Origin: the human T2T-CHM13v2.0 reference genome, Homo sapiens
Assembly: GCF_009914755.1 (NCBI RefSeq)
Contig: NC_060926.1
Reading direction: 5' to 3' (one strand)
DNA length: 64,000 nucleotides
Part shown: positions 51,808 through 64,000 of the stretch, piece by piece
Numbering within the stretch: the stretch's first letter is position 1
How the letters are laid out: each line of letters begins with the position of its first letter
Notes under the pieces: generated by a model
The model's database searches: none
The model's input: the letters and a program-made list of their open reading frames with translations, nothing else
Told to the model about the DNA's origin: nothing
Made by a program: the position numbers and the translations under genes

Positions 51808-54096
51808 ATTGTCCATTTTTGCTTTGGTCATCTGTGCTTGTGGAGTGTTACTCAAGAAATCTTTGCCCAGTCCAATGTCCTGGAGAGTTTCCCCAATTTT
51901 TTTGTAGTTTCATAGTTTGAAATCTTAGATTTAAGTCTTTAATCCATTTTGATTGGATTTTTGTATATGGTGAGAGGTAAGGGTTTAGTGTCATTCTTTT
52001 CCATATGGATATCCAGTTTTACCAGCAGCATTTATTGAAGAGACAGTCCTTTCCCCAATGTATGTTCTTGGCACTTTGGTCAAAAATGAGTTCACTGCAG
52101 ATGTGTGGATTTATTTTTGGGTTCTGTATTCTGTTTCATTGGTCTGTGTTTCTGTTTTTATGCCAGTACCATAATGTTTTGATTACTATAGCTCTGTAGT
52201 ATAATTTGAAGTCAGATAATGTGATTCCTTCAGTATTGTTCTTTTTGCTCAGGATAGCTTTGGCTATTCTGGGTCTTTTGTGGTTCCATATAAAATTTAA
52301 GATTACTTTTTCTATTTTTGTAGAAAATGTCCTTGGTATTTTGATAGAGATTGCATTGAATATGCGGATTGCTTTGGATACTATGGACATTTTAACAATA
52401 TTGATTCGTCCAATCCATGTACATGGAATATCTCTCCAATTTTTTGTCCCCTCTTCAATTTTTTTCATCAGTGTTTTATAGTTTTCATTGTACAGATCTT
52501 TTACTTCTTTGGTTAAATTATTTCTAGTTATTTAATTTTTTTATCCCTATTTTAAATGGAATTCTTTCTTGATTTCTTTTTCAGTTTGTTTGCTGTTGGC
52601 ATATAGAAATGCCACTGATTTTTGTATGTTGATTTTGTATACTGGATTTGGATGCCCTTTATTTTTCTTGGCTGATTGCTCTAGCTAGTCCTGCAGTACT
52701 GTGTTGAATAACAGTGGTGAAAGTGAGCATCCTTGTCATGTTCCCTATCTTAGAGGGAAAGCTTTCAATTTTTCTCCATTTAGAATGATACTAGCTATGT
52801 GTCTGTCATATATGGCTTTTATTATGTTGAGATATGTTCCTCTATACTCAGTTTGTCAGGGTTTTTATCATGAAAGTATATTGAATTTTGTCAAATGCCT
52901 TTTAAGCATCAATTGAAATGATAAATAGGGATTTGTACTTCCTTCCTTTGATATGATGTATCATATTGTTTGATTTGCATTTATAACCAACCCTTGGATG
53001 TACCCCACTAAGTCATAATGAATAATCTTTTTAATGTGTTGTTGAATTCAATTTGCCTGTATTTTGTTGAGTATTTTTGCATCAATATTTATCAGAGATA
53101 TTTGCTGGTAGTTTCCTTATTTTGATATGTCTTTGTCTGGTTTTGGTATCAGGGTAATACTGGCCTCATAGAATGAGTTTGGAAGTATTCCTTCCTTTAT
53201 TTTAGAATAGTTTGCATAGGATTGACATTAGCTTTTCTTTAATGAATTTGGTAGAATTCAACAGGAAAACCACTGGGTCCCAGGCTTATTGTTGTTGTTG
53301 GGAGATTTTGTATTAAAGCTTCGATCTTGTTACTTTTTGATCTGTTCAGGTTTTGGATTTCTTCATGGTTGTCTCTTGGTAGGTTGTATGTATCTAGGAA
53401 TTTATTCATTTCTTCTAGATTTCCCAGTTTATTGTTGCACATTGTAGCCAATAATGATCCTTTCAATTTCTGTGGTATTTGTTGTAACATTCTCTTTTAT
53501 ATCTCTGATTTTATTTATTGAGATCTTATCTCATTTTTTCTTTAGTTAATCTGATTAAGAATTTGTCAATTTTTTTTAACTTTTCAACAAACCAACTTTT
53601 TGTCTCCATCTTTTGTATTGTTCTCTTCATTTCAATTTCATTTATTTCTTCTCTGATATTTATTATTTATTTGCTTATACTGTTTTGTTTTTGGTTTGCT
53701 CTTGCTTTTCTATTTTTAAGATGAATCATTAGGTTCTTTATGTGAAGTTTTTCTAATTTTTTGATGTAGGTGCTTATAGCTATAAATTTCCCTCCAAGTA
53801 CTGTTTTTGCTGTAACCCACAGGTTTTGGTATGTCTTGTTTCCATTATCATTTCTTTCAATAATTTTTTTAATTTTTTCTTAATTTCTTCATTAACCTAC
53901 TGGTCATTCAGGAGGATATTGTTTCATTTCTATGTGTCTGTATAGTTTTCCAAATTCCTCTTGTTATTGCTTTCTAGTTCTATTCCATTGTGATTGGAGA
54001 AGATGGCTGATATTATTACAAGTTTTTTGGATATTTTAAGACTTGTTTTGTGACCTAACATATGCTCTATCATTGAGAATGATCCATGTGATCCAT
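51808..54096 (-). mobile_element. L1 (L1MA/L1PB-age) ORF2 region with internal deletions
   Basis: Minus-strand ORF2 peptides [19 protein letters not shown]...[23 protein letters not shown] (52136-52468), [15 protein letters not shown], and HGSFSMIEHMLGHKTSL. Confidence 0.92.
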
Positions 54097-54710
54097 GAGC
54101 TGTTAGTGGTGCTGTTTGGGGTCGGGGGAGGGGTGGTGCAAGCACTCCCTTAGATTTCTCAGCTGGTGTATAAGTAAGCCACATGCCCCCAAAGTCCTCT
54201 GTCTCTGAGCCCAGGTCAGGACTAGGACTTGCAGTCTTTATGGCCTACACTGCCTTTCAAGTTTATTTAGAGGTCCAGAGCACTTCAGCCCATCATGCTG
54301 AGGCATTCAGAACTCAAGTTCTGAATGCTGGGATGGGCGATTCCACTTTGGCTAGGGGCGATCTGAATGTTCCCTTTGCGGTTGGGTGTCAGCTGAGTTC
54401 AGCCCAGTTTTGCTTTCTGCTGTGACAGGGCAGCACTGAGTTCAATGCAGTCTCACAATCACTGCACTCTTCCTCTCCCAGTTGCACAGATTTCTCTGTG
54501 TCATGCAGCTGCTATGGGGGGATGGAGGAGGAGTGGCATTGGCAATTCAAGACTGCCTTTCCTACCCTTTTCAGTGCCTCTTTCAGTGATACGAAGCTAA
54601 AACCAGATACTGTGAGTACCCACCTGATTTTTGGTTCTTATAAAGTAGTTTGGGTTTTTAAATATGTAGATAGTTGTTAAATATGCTGTTCCTGTGGTGG
54701 GGATAATCAG
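54097..54710 (-). mobile_element. L1M-type 5' UTR fused directly to the ORF2 fragment
   Basis: Matches the recalled L1M1/L1MA 5' end ('cagcactgagttcaatg', 'ggcaattcaagactg', 'ttcagtgcctctttcagtgatacgaag', 'cacctgatttttggttcttat'). Confidence 0.7.
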
Positions 54711-56799
54711 TCGCTCTGTTCCCCAGACAGCATCTCATTTCTGATGCATGTAGATAACTGGATGCTATACTTCATATAAACTAATGGTATGTGCCAGACA
54801 AAATGACAATATTTTACACTTATATAACATCTTTGTTCTAATGAGCTCAATAATGATTCTGTGATCTATTTCTTTCTTGTAATGATTTGGAAGTATTTAC
54901 ATGTTTAATACATTTTCATTCAAATATCTTTCTACTGATGAGAAACTAGGTAGTATCAAAAGTAAGACGGAAAGTTTGTTTTCCAAATCAGAGTCACAGA
55001 TAACAGGAAATAAGCTGAAAGAAATGGTTGAAATTAATCAGCATACCTGTTGTGCTATCTATGAAGTACAGGGCATAATAACAAATTAGTAAAACAGGAA
55101 AATATGAAAATGTTCCTAAGAGAAACAATATAAGGCATTCCATTAGTGTTATATAAAACCATAGGATAAAGTACTTTATATAAAATATCATAATGTTCAA
55201 TTATCTGTTTGAAGCATTTAACCATGTGTTATTTGTCTTTTATATAAATCATTATTGAATTTCAATAATACCGATCTTCTTCCTGCATATAATAATACAT
55301 GTTATTGTTTACATCTTAATACTGAAGTTTTCTAGTTACAGATTTATCAAGTAGATTCTACAAATAATGTTTTTACATAGCATATTGCTACAATTGCAAA
55401 TACTAAGTATTTCCTTTTTTTTTTTTTTGGTAATTCTCCAATTTTTTATTGCTTTAAAGTAACGATTCAATTCTTGGACGAAAGTAGACAGAAAAGTCTT
55501 TTTTATTTATGGCTGGTTATTTTTCCCCCAAAGAATATAATAAACAAGCATATTGGCCACTAGTTTTTCGACCTTATGTAAATCACTTAAATTTTATTTG
55601 CCCTATTTTCTGTTTATAAAATGGCCACAATTAAAGTATTCTTGTCTTCCTCAGAGGAATACTGAATTTAATATCAAATATATAAAAGAACTTTGAACAT
55701 ATAAATAAGAAACACATAATCAAGGTACTAACAGTAATAATATTAGTAAAATATTTTTAATTATTTATGAATGATATTTAATAGGCCTTGCTTTTTGTTG
55801 GATGAATGTAGCTTGATGCCATGTGAATTTCCAGGTTCTTATTATCACTGATAGTATATAAAATGTATAGGTGGTGTAGAAAAGAATAAAAAGAGACAGT
55901 GCCAATGTAGTTCAAAAGTTTGCCAAATTGTTAACTTTTGTTTAATTAATTAAATTCTACTCATTGAAAATCTGTCAGGTCCAGCCACCTGCTATGCCTC
56001 AATCTTCAACAATTAACCTGGCTGTTAAAAATAAAAAAGGTGGATTAAATGCACTACACATAAACTTAGTTAAATATATAAGACAAACTACATTGAACAT
56101 AAATAACATCTCTAATAGAACCATGAAATTGTAATAACTTCAAACCACAACAAAATGTAGACTGTGTGCTCAATAGAGTATAAATTGGTTTCAATTGAAG
56201 AAGGATGACAATTACAACTGATCAATATTTTCCTAGAAATAAAGTAGCAAACAGATGTCTCTTGAAAGGCTTTAACAATTATTTTTTGCTGTGACCAATA
56301 AAGTCTGAAGACATGTACAGAAGTTAAGCAAAGGTAGGAAGCATCTCTAAACTAATTCATCACACTCTACTAAACAAAATTGGAAATTGGGCCAAAGGAT
56401 ACAGTTCAGGAATATGCACATGATTTCTTCTAAGCCAGAGTTCTGACCAGGAGAAATGACTTCAACGTGAGACAAGGTAGAAAGAAGAAGGAAAACAAGT
56501 GTTAATTCTTAATTAAATACAGACTAATAAAGTCCACATCACCAAGAACCCTGTGAGGCTGCAGCATCACACTGAACCACACTGACCTCGTGTAAAACAT
56601 GAAAATGCCAAGGATAAAGGAATGATATAGTGAAGTGGTGATATCCTAATTGAAATAATGTGAAGCCCAAGTTTATCATTTCTTTTATTTAATTCTGTAT
56701 TCTTGACCCATTGTTTGCTGTCTGGGCTGAATAGCACCAATTCTATTCAAAGAAGAAGAATGTACATGAAAGAACAAACATGAATATTATGCATAACAA

Positions 56800-57100
56800 G
56801 AGGATGAACACGCAGAAGAAAAATGAGGATTAAGGTGAAAAGAAGTGGAAAAATGAAGAAAAGAAGGAGAAGAAGAACAACAACAAGAAGAAAGGAGCAG
56901 GAGGAGGAGGAATAGGAGGAAGGGGAGGTGGAGGGGGAGAAGGAAAAGAAGAGGGAAGAGGAGAAGGAATAAGAAGAAGAAAAAAGAGAAGGAGGAGGTG
57001 GAGAAGGGGAAGAAGAAGGGGGAGGAGGAGAGGTAGAAGGAGAAGGAAAGAGGAAAAAGAAGAGGAAGGCAAGAAGAAGGAGGAGGAGGAGGAGAAAAAA
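56800..57100 (+). repeat. Polypurine (GAA/GGA) low-complexity tract
   Basis: About 300 bp of almost exclusively A/G. Confidence 0.92.
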
Positions 57101-57554
57101 ACAAGTTTTCGTTTAAGATGACGGCAATATAAAAGGCTAATGGCAGATAATAAAGGTAATAAATATTCATTTGAAGAGAGTTAGTTATTACATTCAAGGA
57201 AATTTAAAAATATCAAAGTGTTTGTAACAACAATTAAAACAACAGCAACAACAAAAACCCAGAATATGAAAATGGAGCTGGAACAGCTCAGGAAAGAAAA
57301 TAATGAATATTAAGCCATTATGTTTTCCCTATTTGTATATGCAACCTTATTTTAGATTTTGAAAATGTGTTGATATTACTCTTACATAAAAACATCTCTA
57401 TAAGTATATTCCCCACAATACTTGATTTGGGTGTGTATTTCTAAATCTGGGTATTCTCAAGTATCCTATTGTGATTCGTAACCCTTTAGAACAATAGTGA
57501 AATTTGAGGAAATATTTTTCAAAGTCAAGGCTAATGAACTGGTAATGGTGCCAA

Positions 57555-60279
57555 ATGGCTTAATACACCACAATCAAGTAGTCTTTATTCTCGGTATGCA
57601 AGATTCTCGGTATGATACATCATACACAAACCGATAAATTTTATTCACCACATAAACAGCAGTAAAAAACAACAACCACATACTCATCTCAATAAATGCA
57701 GGAAAAGCTTTTGATACAATCCAACATCCCTTCATGATAAAAACCCTCATGAATGTAGGCATCAAAGAAACATACTTCAAAATAATAAAAGCCATCTGCG
57801 ACAAACCACAGTCAACATCATACTGAATGGGCAAAAGCTGGGAGCATTCCCACTGAGAACTGGAACAAGACAAGAATTTCCACTGTCACCACCCTGATTC
57901 AACATAGTACCGGAAGTCCTAGCCAGAGCAATCAAGCAACGGAAAGAAATAAAGGCATCCAAATAGGAAAAGAAAAGGTCAAACTTTCTTCACTGACAAT
58001 ATAATTCTATACTTAGAAAACCCAAAGAACTCTGTCGAAAATCTCCTAGAACTGTTCAACGACTTCAGTAAAGTTTCAGGAGGCAAAATCAATATGCAAA
58101 TATCAGTGGCATTTTCATATGCCAATAATGTTCAAGTTGAGAGCCAAATCAAGAAAGAATCCCATTTACAATAGTGACAAAAAATGACCTAGGAATACAT
58201 CTGATATGGTTAGGCTTTGTGTCCCCACCCAAATCTCATTTTGAGTTGTAATCCCATAATCCTCATGTGTGATGGGAGCAACCCGATGGGAGGTAATTGA
58301 ATCATGAGGATAGTTTCCCCCATGATGTTATCATGATAGTGAAGGAGTTCTCATGAGATCTGATGTTTTATAATCATCTGGCATTTCACCTGCTGGCACT
58401 AATTCACTCTCCTGCTGCCCTGTGAAGAGTTGCCTTCACTGTTATTGTAAGTTTCCTGAGGCCTTCCCAGCCATGCAGAAGTGTGAGTCAATTAAAGCTC
58501 TTTTCTTTATAAATTACCCAGTTTTGGGCAGTTATTTATAGCAGCTTGAGAACAGACTAATACAACATCTAACCAAGGACATGAAAAATCTCCACAAGAA
58601 CTACACTGCTGAAAAATACCATGAATGACACAAACAATTGGGAAAACATTTCACACTCATGAATTGGAAGAACTAATCTCATTAAAATGTTCATATGGCT
58701 CTAAGCAATCCACAGATTCAGTGCTATTCCTATCAAACTACCAATGCCATTTTTTCATAGAATTAGAAAAAACTATTTTAAAATTCATATGGGACAAAAA
58801 AAACGAGCCTGAATAGACAAAGCAATCCTAAACAAAAAGAACAAACCTGGAAGCATTATATTACCTAACTTCAAACTATACTACAAGACTGCAGTAACCA
58901 AAACAGCACAGTACTGTTACAGAAGCAGACACATAGAATAATGGAACAGAATAGAGAACTCAGAAAGAAAGCAGCATATCTACACTACCTGATCTTCAAG
59001 AAAGTCAATAAGAAAAGCAATGTGGAGAGAAATTTCTATTCAATAAATGGTTCTGGGATAACTGACTATCCGTAAGTAGAAGAAAGAAACTGGACCTCTA
59101 TCTATCACCATATACAAAAATTAACTGAAAAAGGATGAAAGTCTTCTTATCCATTGAGAACTCCATCTATAAAAATCCTAAAAGAAAACCCAGAAAATAC
59201 TCTTCTCAACATTAGTCTTGGCAAAGAATTTAGAAGCAAGCCTTCACAAGCAACTGCAATAAAAAAAAAAAAAGACAAGTGGGGCATAATTAAATGAAAG
59301 AGCTTCTTCACAGTAATAGAAATTGTCAATAGAGGAAACACAACCTACAGAATGAGAGGAAATATTTGCAAACCATGATTTGATAACAGTCTAATATCTA
59401 GAATTTATAAACAATTTAAATCAACAAGCAATAAATGACCCCATTAAAAAGTGGGCAAAGGACAAGTATAGACACTTCTCAAAAAAAAGACACGCAATAA
59501 AAATATTTTTAAAATGATTCTTATTATTATTCACCAGAGAAATGTAAATAAAAACCACAATTACATACCATTGCACACTAGTCAGGATGGTTATTATTAA
59601 AAAGTCAGAAAATACCAGATATTGGCAGGGCTATGGAGAAAAGTGAATACTTATATACTGTTGGTGGAAATGCAAATTAGTGCTGCCACTGTGGAATGTA
59701 GTTTGTAGATTTAGGAAAGAACTAAAAATAGTACTACCTTTTGACCCAGCAATCTCATTGCTTGCTGTATAACCAAAGCAGAAGAGATCATTCTACCAAA
59801 AAGACACATGCACCTGTATGTTCACCACAGTATTCACAATAACAAAGATATGACTCAACCTAGGTAACTATCAACAATAGATTGGATAAAGAAAGTGTGG
59901 TACACATACATATAGTACATGCATACACTGTGCAGCCATGAAAAAGAATTAAATGTTTCCTTTGTAGCCACATGAATGTACCTGGAGCTTATTATCCTAA
60001 AGTAGCTATCGCGGAAACTGAAACCCAAATACCACATGTTCTCACTTATAAGTGGTAGCCAAACATTGGGTACATGTTGATGTAAAGATGGGAACAATAG
60101 AAGCTGAGGGCTACAAGAGCAGGGATCAAGGGATCAAGTGTTAAAAAAATACCTGTGGAGTACTATGCTCCCTACTTGGGTGGTGGGTTTAATCACATCC
60201 CAAACCTCAGCATCACATAATATACCCTTGTAGCAAATCTGCATATGTACCCTCTGAATCTAAAGTAAAAGTTGAAAAA
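57555..60279 (+). mobile_element. 5'-truncated L1 (L1PA16-like), interrupted by a THE1 LTR
   Basis: Continuous ORF2-derived sequence and a 3' UTR ending 'ccaaacctcagcatcac...gtaccctctgaatctaaagtaaaagttgaaaaaa'. Confidence 0.9.
58202..58564 (+). mobile_element. ERVL-MaLR solo LTR (THE1D-like) nested in L1
   Basis: tgatatggttaggctttgtgtcccc...gactaataca. Perfect TSD acatc at 58197-58201 and 58565-58569. Confidence 0.92.
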
Positions 60280-60289
60280 ATTATGTAGC

Positions 60290-60622
60290 TATTCAATCTT
60301 AAATGAAGGGAAGCACAACTCCCCAATCTTTAAGTGTGGGCTGCATTTAGTGCTTTTTTTGAGTACAGTTAGAGAAGAGAGAAAAAAAAAGGGTAACTCT
60401 GAGAAACTTTACAGTGGAGAGATCTGATAAACACAACTTTAGCCAATTGATCAAGATCAATACTAACAGTTATAAATGATGTTGGTAGTATGTACTTATG
60501 ACATGATTTGATGAAAATGGTACTTTACCTCTCTACTCTTCCCCAAAACCCATGAGAAATCATGAGAAAAGTATTAGACTAATACCACCAGAGAGGCATT
60601 CTACCTAATAGCTGACTAGTAT
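60290..60622 (+). mobile_element. L1MC-type 3' UTR fragment
   Basis: 'ctttaagtgtgggctgca...aactttacagtggaga...tgatcaagatcaa...gatgaaaatggtactttacctct'. Confidence 0.65.
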
Positions 60623-61721
60623 GTAATAACTTACACAACAATAACAACAAAAAACTACAGGCCAATATCACTGATGAAGATAGATTCAAAAATCATCAAA
60701 AAATACTAGCAAACCAAATTCATTTAAAAAGATCACTCTCTATGATCAAGTTGGAATCATCCCAGGAATGCACGGATGGTTCAACATATGCAAATCAATA
60801 AACTTGATACATCACATTAACAGAACCAATAACAAAACCATATGATAAATTCAATAGATACTGAAAAAGCATTTAATATAATTCAACATCCCTTTATCAG
60901 GAAAACCCTTAACACACTGGGTAGAAGAAACTTTTCTCAAAATGATAAAGGCTGTATATGACAAACCTACGGCTAACATCATATTCAATAGAAAAAAGCT
61001 TAAAGCCTTTCCTCTAAAATATAAAACAAGACAAGCGTGTCCAGTGTTATTTTATTCAAGATAATACTAGAAATCTTGGCCAGGGCAATTAGATAAGTGA
61101 AAAAAATAAAGAACATACAAATTGGAAAGAAAGATTTCAAATTAGCCTTGTTTTCATGTGACATGATGTTATATTTAGAAAAACCTGAAGACTTCACCAA
61201 AAAAAAACTGTTAGGACTGATCAAGAAATTTAATAAAATTGCAGGACACAAAATCAACATACCTAAATCGGTAGAATTTACATACATCAACAGGGAGAAA
61301 TCTGAAAAATAAATATAAAAAGCAATCCCATTTACAATAGCTACAAACTATAAAATACCTAGGAATTAATTTAACCAAAGAAGTGAAAGATCTATGCAAA
61401 TAATACTATAAAATACCTATGTAAGAAATTAAGGAGGACACAAAAAATGAAAAGATTCCACGCTCATGGATTGGAAGAATTAATATTGTTGCATTGACAA
61501 TTCTACCAAAAGCAATTTACAGACTCAATGCAACCTCGAAAGCACGGGCAACCAAAGCAAAAATAGACAAATGGGATTACTTTGAACTAAAAAGCCCAGC
61601 AAAGGAAACAATTAACAAAGTGAAGAGACAACCCACAGAATGGGAGAAAATATTTGCAAATTACCCATCTGACAAGGGATTGGTAACTAGAATATATGAG
61701 TTCAAATAACTCCATAGCAAA

Positions 61722-61730
61722 TCATCATCG

Positions 61731-61767
<37 letters not shown>
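61722..61767 (+). repeat. (CAT)n trinucleotide microsatellite, about 15 units
   Basis: Seen directly, with one CGT interruption. Confidence 0.95.
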
Positions 61768-61768
<1 letters not shown>

Positions 61769-61801
61769 TGGCTAAAAAATTGGCAAACAATCTGAATAGA
61801 C

Positions 61802-62290
61802 TTTTTTAGAAAAACTTTTGTTTTAGGTTTGGGAGTACAAGAGAAGGTTTATTACATAGGTAGACATGTGTCATGGGGTTTTGTTGTAACACTATTTCAA
61901 TACCCAGGTATTAAGCCCAGTACCCAATAGTTATCTTTTCTGCTCTTCTCCCTCCTCCCACCTTCACCCTTCAGGTAGACACCAGTGTCTGTTGTTTCCC
62001 TCTTTGTGCTCATAAGTTTTTATCATTTTGTTCCCACTTATAAGTGAGAACAGTATTCGGTTCTTCTGTTCCTGCATTAGTTTGCTAAGGATAAGACCCT
62101 CCATGTTCCCATAAAAGCCTGGAGTTAAAAAGAATGATCTCATTCTTTTTTATGGTTGCATAGTATTCCATGGTGTATATGAATTAAATTTTCTTTATCC
62201 AATCTGTCATTAATGGGCATTTAGGTTGATTGCATGTCCTTGTTATTGTGAATAGGGTTACAATGAACATTTGCATCATGTGTCTTTACA
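61802..62290 (-). mobile_element. L1PA13-15-like 3' end inserted antisense in the older L1
   Basis: 'acttttgttttaggtttggg...cccaggtattaagcccagtacccaatagttatcttttctgctc...cccacttataagtgagaac'. Confidence 0.88.
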
Positions 62291-63544
62291 TTAGACATAC
62301 AAATATATGAAAAATGTTCAACATCACTAATCATCAGAGAAATAAAAATCAAAACCACAATGAGATATCATCTCACCTCACTTAAAATGACTTTTATTGA
62401 AAAGAAAGGGAATAACAAATACTGGTGAGGATGGTGAGAAAGGGAACCTGTCTTCCCCTGTTGGTGGGAATGTACATTTGTTCAGCCACTATTGAAAACT
62501 CTACGGAGGTTCCTCAAAAAACTGAAAATAGAATCACCATAAAATTCAGCAATTCCATGACTGGATATCTATCCAAAAGAAAGAAAATTAATACATCAGA
62601 AAGATATCTGCATTCCTGTGTTTATTGCTGTGCTTTTTGCAATAGCCAAAATATAGAATCTACCTCAGTGCCCATCAGGATAAATGAATGGATTAATAAA
62701 ATATGGCATATATACACAATAGAATATTATTCAGTCATAAAAAGAATAAAATCCTGTCATTTGCAGCAATATAGATGAAACTGGAGGTCACTATGTTACC
62801 TAAAATAAGCCAAGCACAAAAAGACAAATATGGCATGGGTTCACTCATATATGAGAGCTAACACGATGAATCTCATGAAGATAGAGTAGATTGGTGGTTA
62901 CCAGAGGCCAGGAAGGATTGGTGGGGGAAGATGAAGACAGGTTAATTAATGAGTGCAAATACACTGTTTCATAACAGAAATAAAACCTAGTGTTTGATAA
63001 ATCACTAGGCTGACTATAGTTATAATAACCAATTGTATATTTAAAAAAATCTTGAAATGAGTAATTGGAATATTTCTAGCATAAAAAAGACAAAATATAA
63101 AGTGATGGATATTATAATTATACTTATTTGATGTTCAGAAATTATAGTAATGTATTAAATGATCACATATACCACAAAATATATACATCTATTTTGTATC
63201 AAATTGAAACAACAAAAGAATAAGTGGTCTCCTGTTCGTGAGGTCCCAACTGGTGCTTTGCAATTGTCACTATTAAAGGGCCTTTTTACATTGAACATGG
63301 AAGTTTAAAAGTAGCAAAGCATTCGACTGTAATGTATAGGTCCCAGATTTCTGTGTGGAGGCCTAAACTAAATAAAACTATAATAAATGGGTATGTGGTT
63401 GCAACATGCGCATCATGCTCATAAAACTTTAACTAATTTATATATACGCATGTAGAAAATGGAAGAAATATGTAAAAATAACAAAAGTTGCATTATTGTT
63501 ATGGGACTACAAGTAACTTTCAAAATTTCTTTAAAAGAAAGAAA

Positions 63545-63776
63545 TCATGTAAAGAAGAAAAAAGGCATTAAGTACAAACTAAGGAAATCTGAATAACCTA
63601 TGGACTTCAGTTAATAATAGTTTCTGACTACTGATTCATTAATTGTAACCAATGTACCAAACTAATGTAAGAGCCATAATACAGGAAACAAGATTGGGAT
63701 ACGTGGGAACTCTGTATTATCTGTTCCAATTCGTTTGTAAGCCTGAAACTAACGTGACAAATAAAATCTATTAAAA
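63545..63776 (+). mobile_element. L1MC-type 3' terminal fragment
   Basis: 'aaactaaggaaatctgaata...tatggacttcagttaataata...aatgtacca...gggaactctgtattatct...aataaaatctattaaaa'; probably continues 60290-60622. Confidence 0.7.
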
Positions 63777-64000
63777 TTGTCACAGAATCCTGGTTTCCAA
63801 CCAGAAAGCTTGGAGTTCATATTTTATTTCCTGACCATCCAATTCTGTTTCAGTGTCACTGTGGGTTATCAGCCTCCCAGAGGTGCCAGGAAAATAAGCA
63901 CAGGGTGCTGGAATCACTGACAACCAGGTGTTCAGACTCAAAGCCAAGAACGCAAATTGGGCACTCAGCAGATGTGTCTGGTTTGGCCATAAGCATTTTT

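Larger units (their letters stand above)
60645..63215 (+). mobile_element. L1MA-type element (ORF2 and 3' UTR) with an internal deletion, a (CAT)n tract and a nested antisense L1
   Basis: ORF2 peptides (ORFs 61097-61312 and 61494-61709); deletion junction near 61530; element resumes at about 62292 and runs to the 3' UTR. Confidence 0.88.

Noticed and set aside
56787-57197. S/F/L/P-rich ORFs
   Set aside because: Translations of the polypyrimidine strand of a low-complexity tract.

Overview
This is AT-rich, repeat-dense human genomic DNA; an L1HS pre-Ta element supports human origin. It is intergenic or deep-intronic, and I can support no host protein-coding exon or RNA gene. Nearly all ORF-track entries are Alu, L1, ERV or microsatellite artefacts. 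The main features are two defective HERV-H proviruses with both LTRs and 5-bp target-site duplications (TSDs), arranged tail-to-tail about 4.9 kb apart (13187-19428 +, 24375-30103 -), with reciprocal deletions: one keeps env and lacks integrase, the other keeps integrase and lacks env. The most notable observations are five. (1) The 5' LTR alone of the second provirus carries about 30 C-to-T changes on the viral sense strand, mostly in CC context, consistent with APOBEC3 editing of plus-strand strong-stop DNA. (2) A locally templated two-segment insertion at 7211-7375 contains the empty-site version of a nearby TSD-flanked, polyadenylated retro-insertion (9185-9672). (3) A pre-Ta L1HS is nested in a THE1 LTR. 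(4) A 1.9-kb self-complementary CA/TG minisatellite is present. (5) There is an apparent window-wide excess of transversions. I found no evidence for a new gene system. Subfamily names come from recalled consensus sequences, and all counts come from manual alignment.
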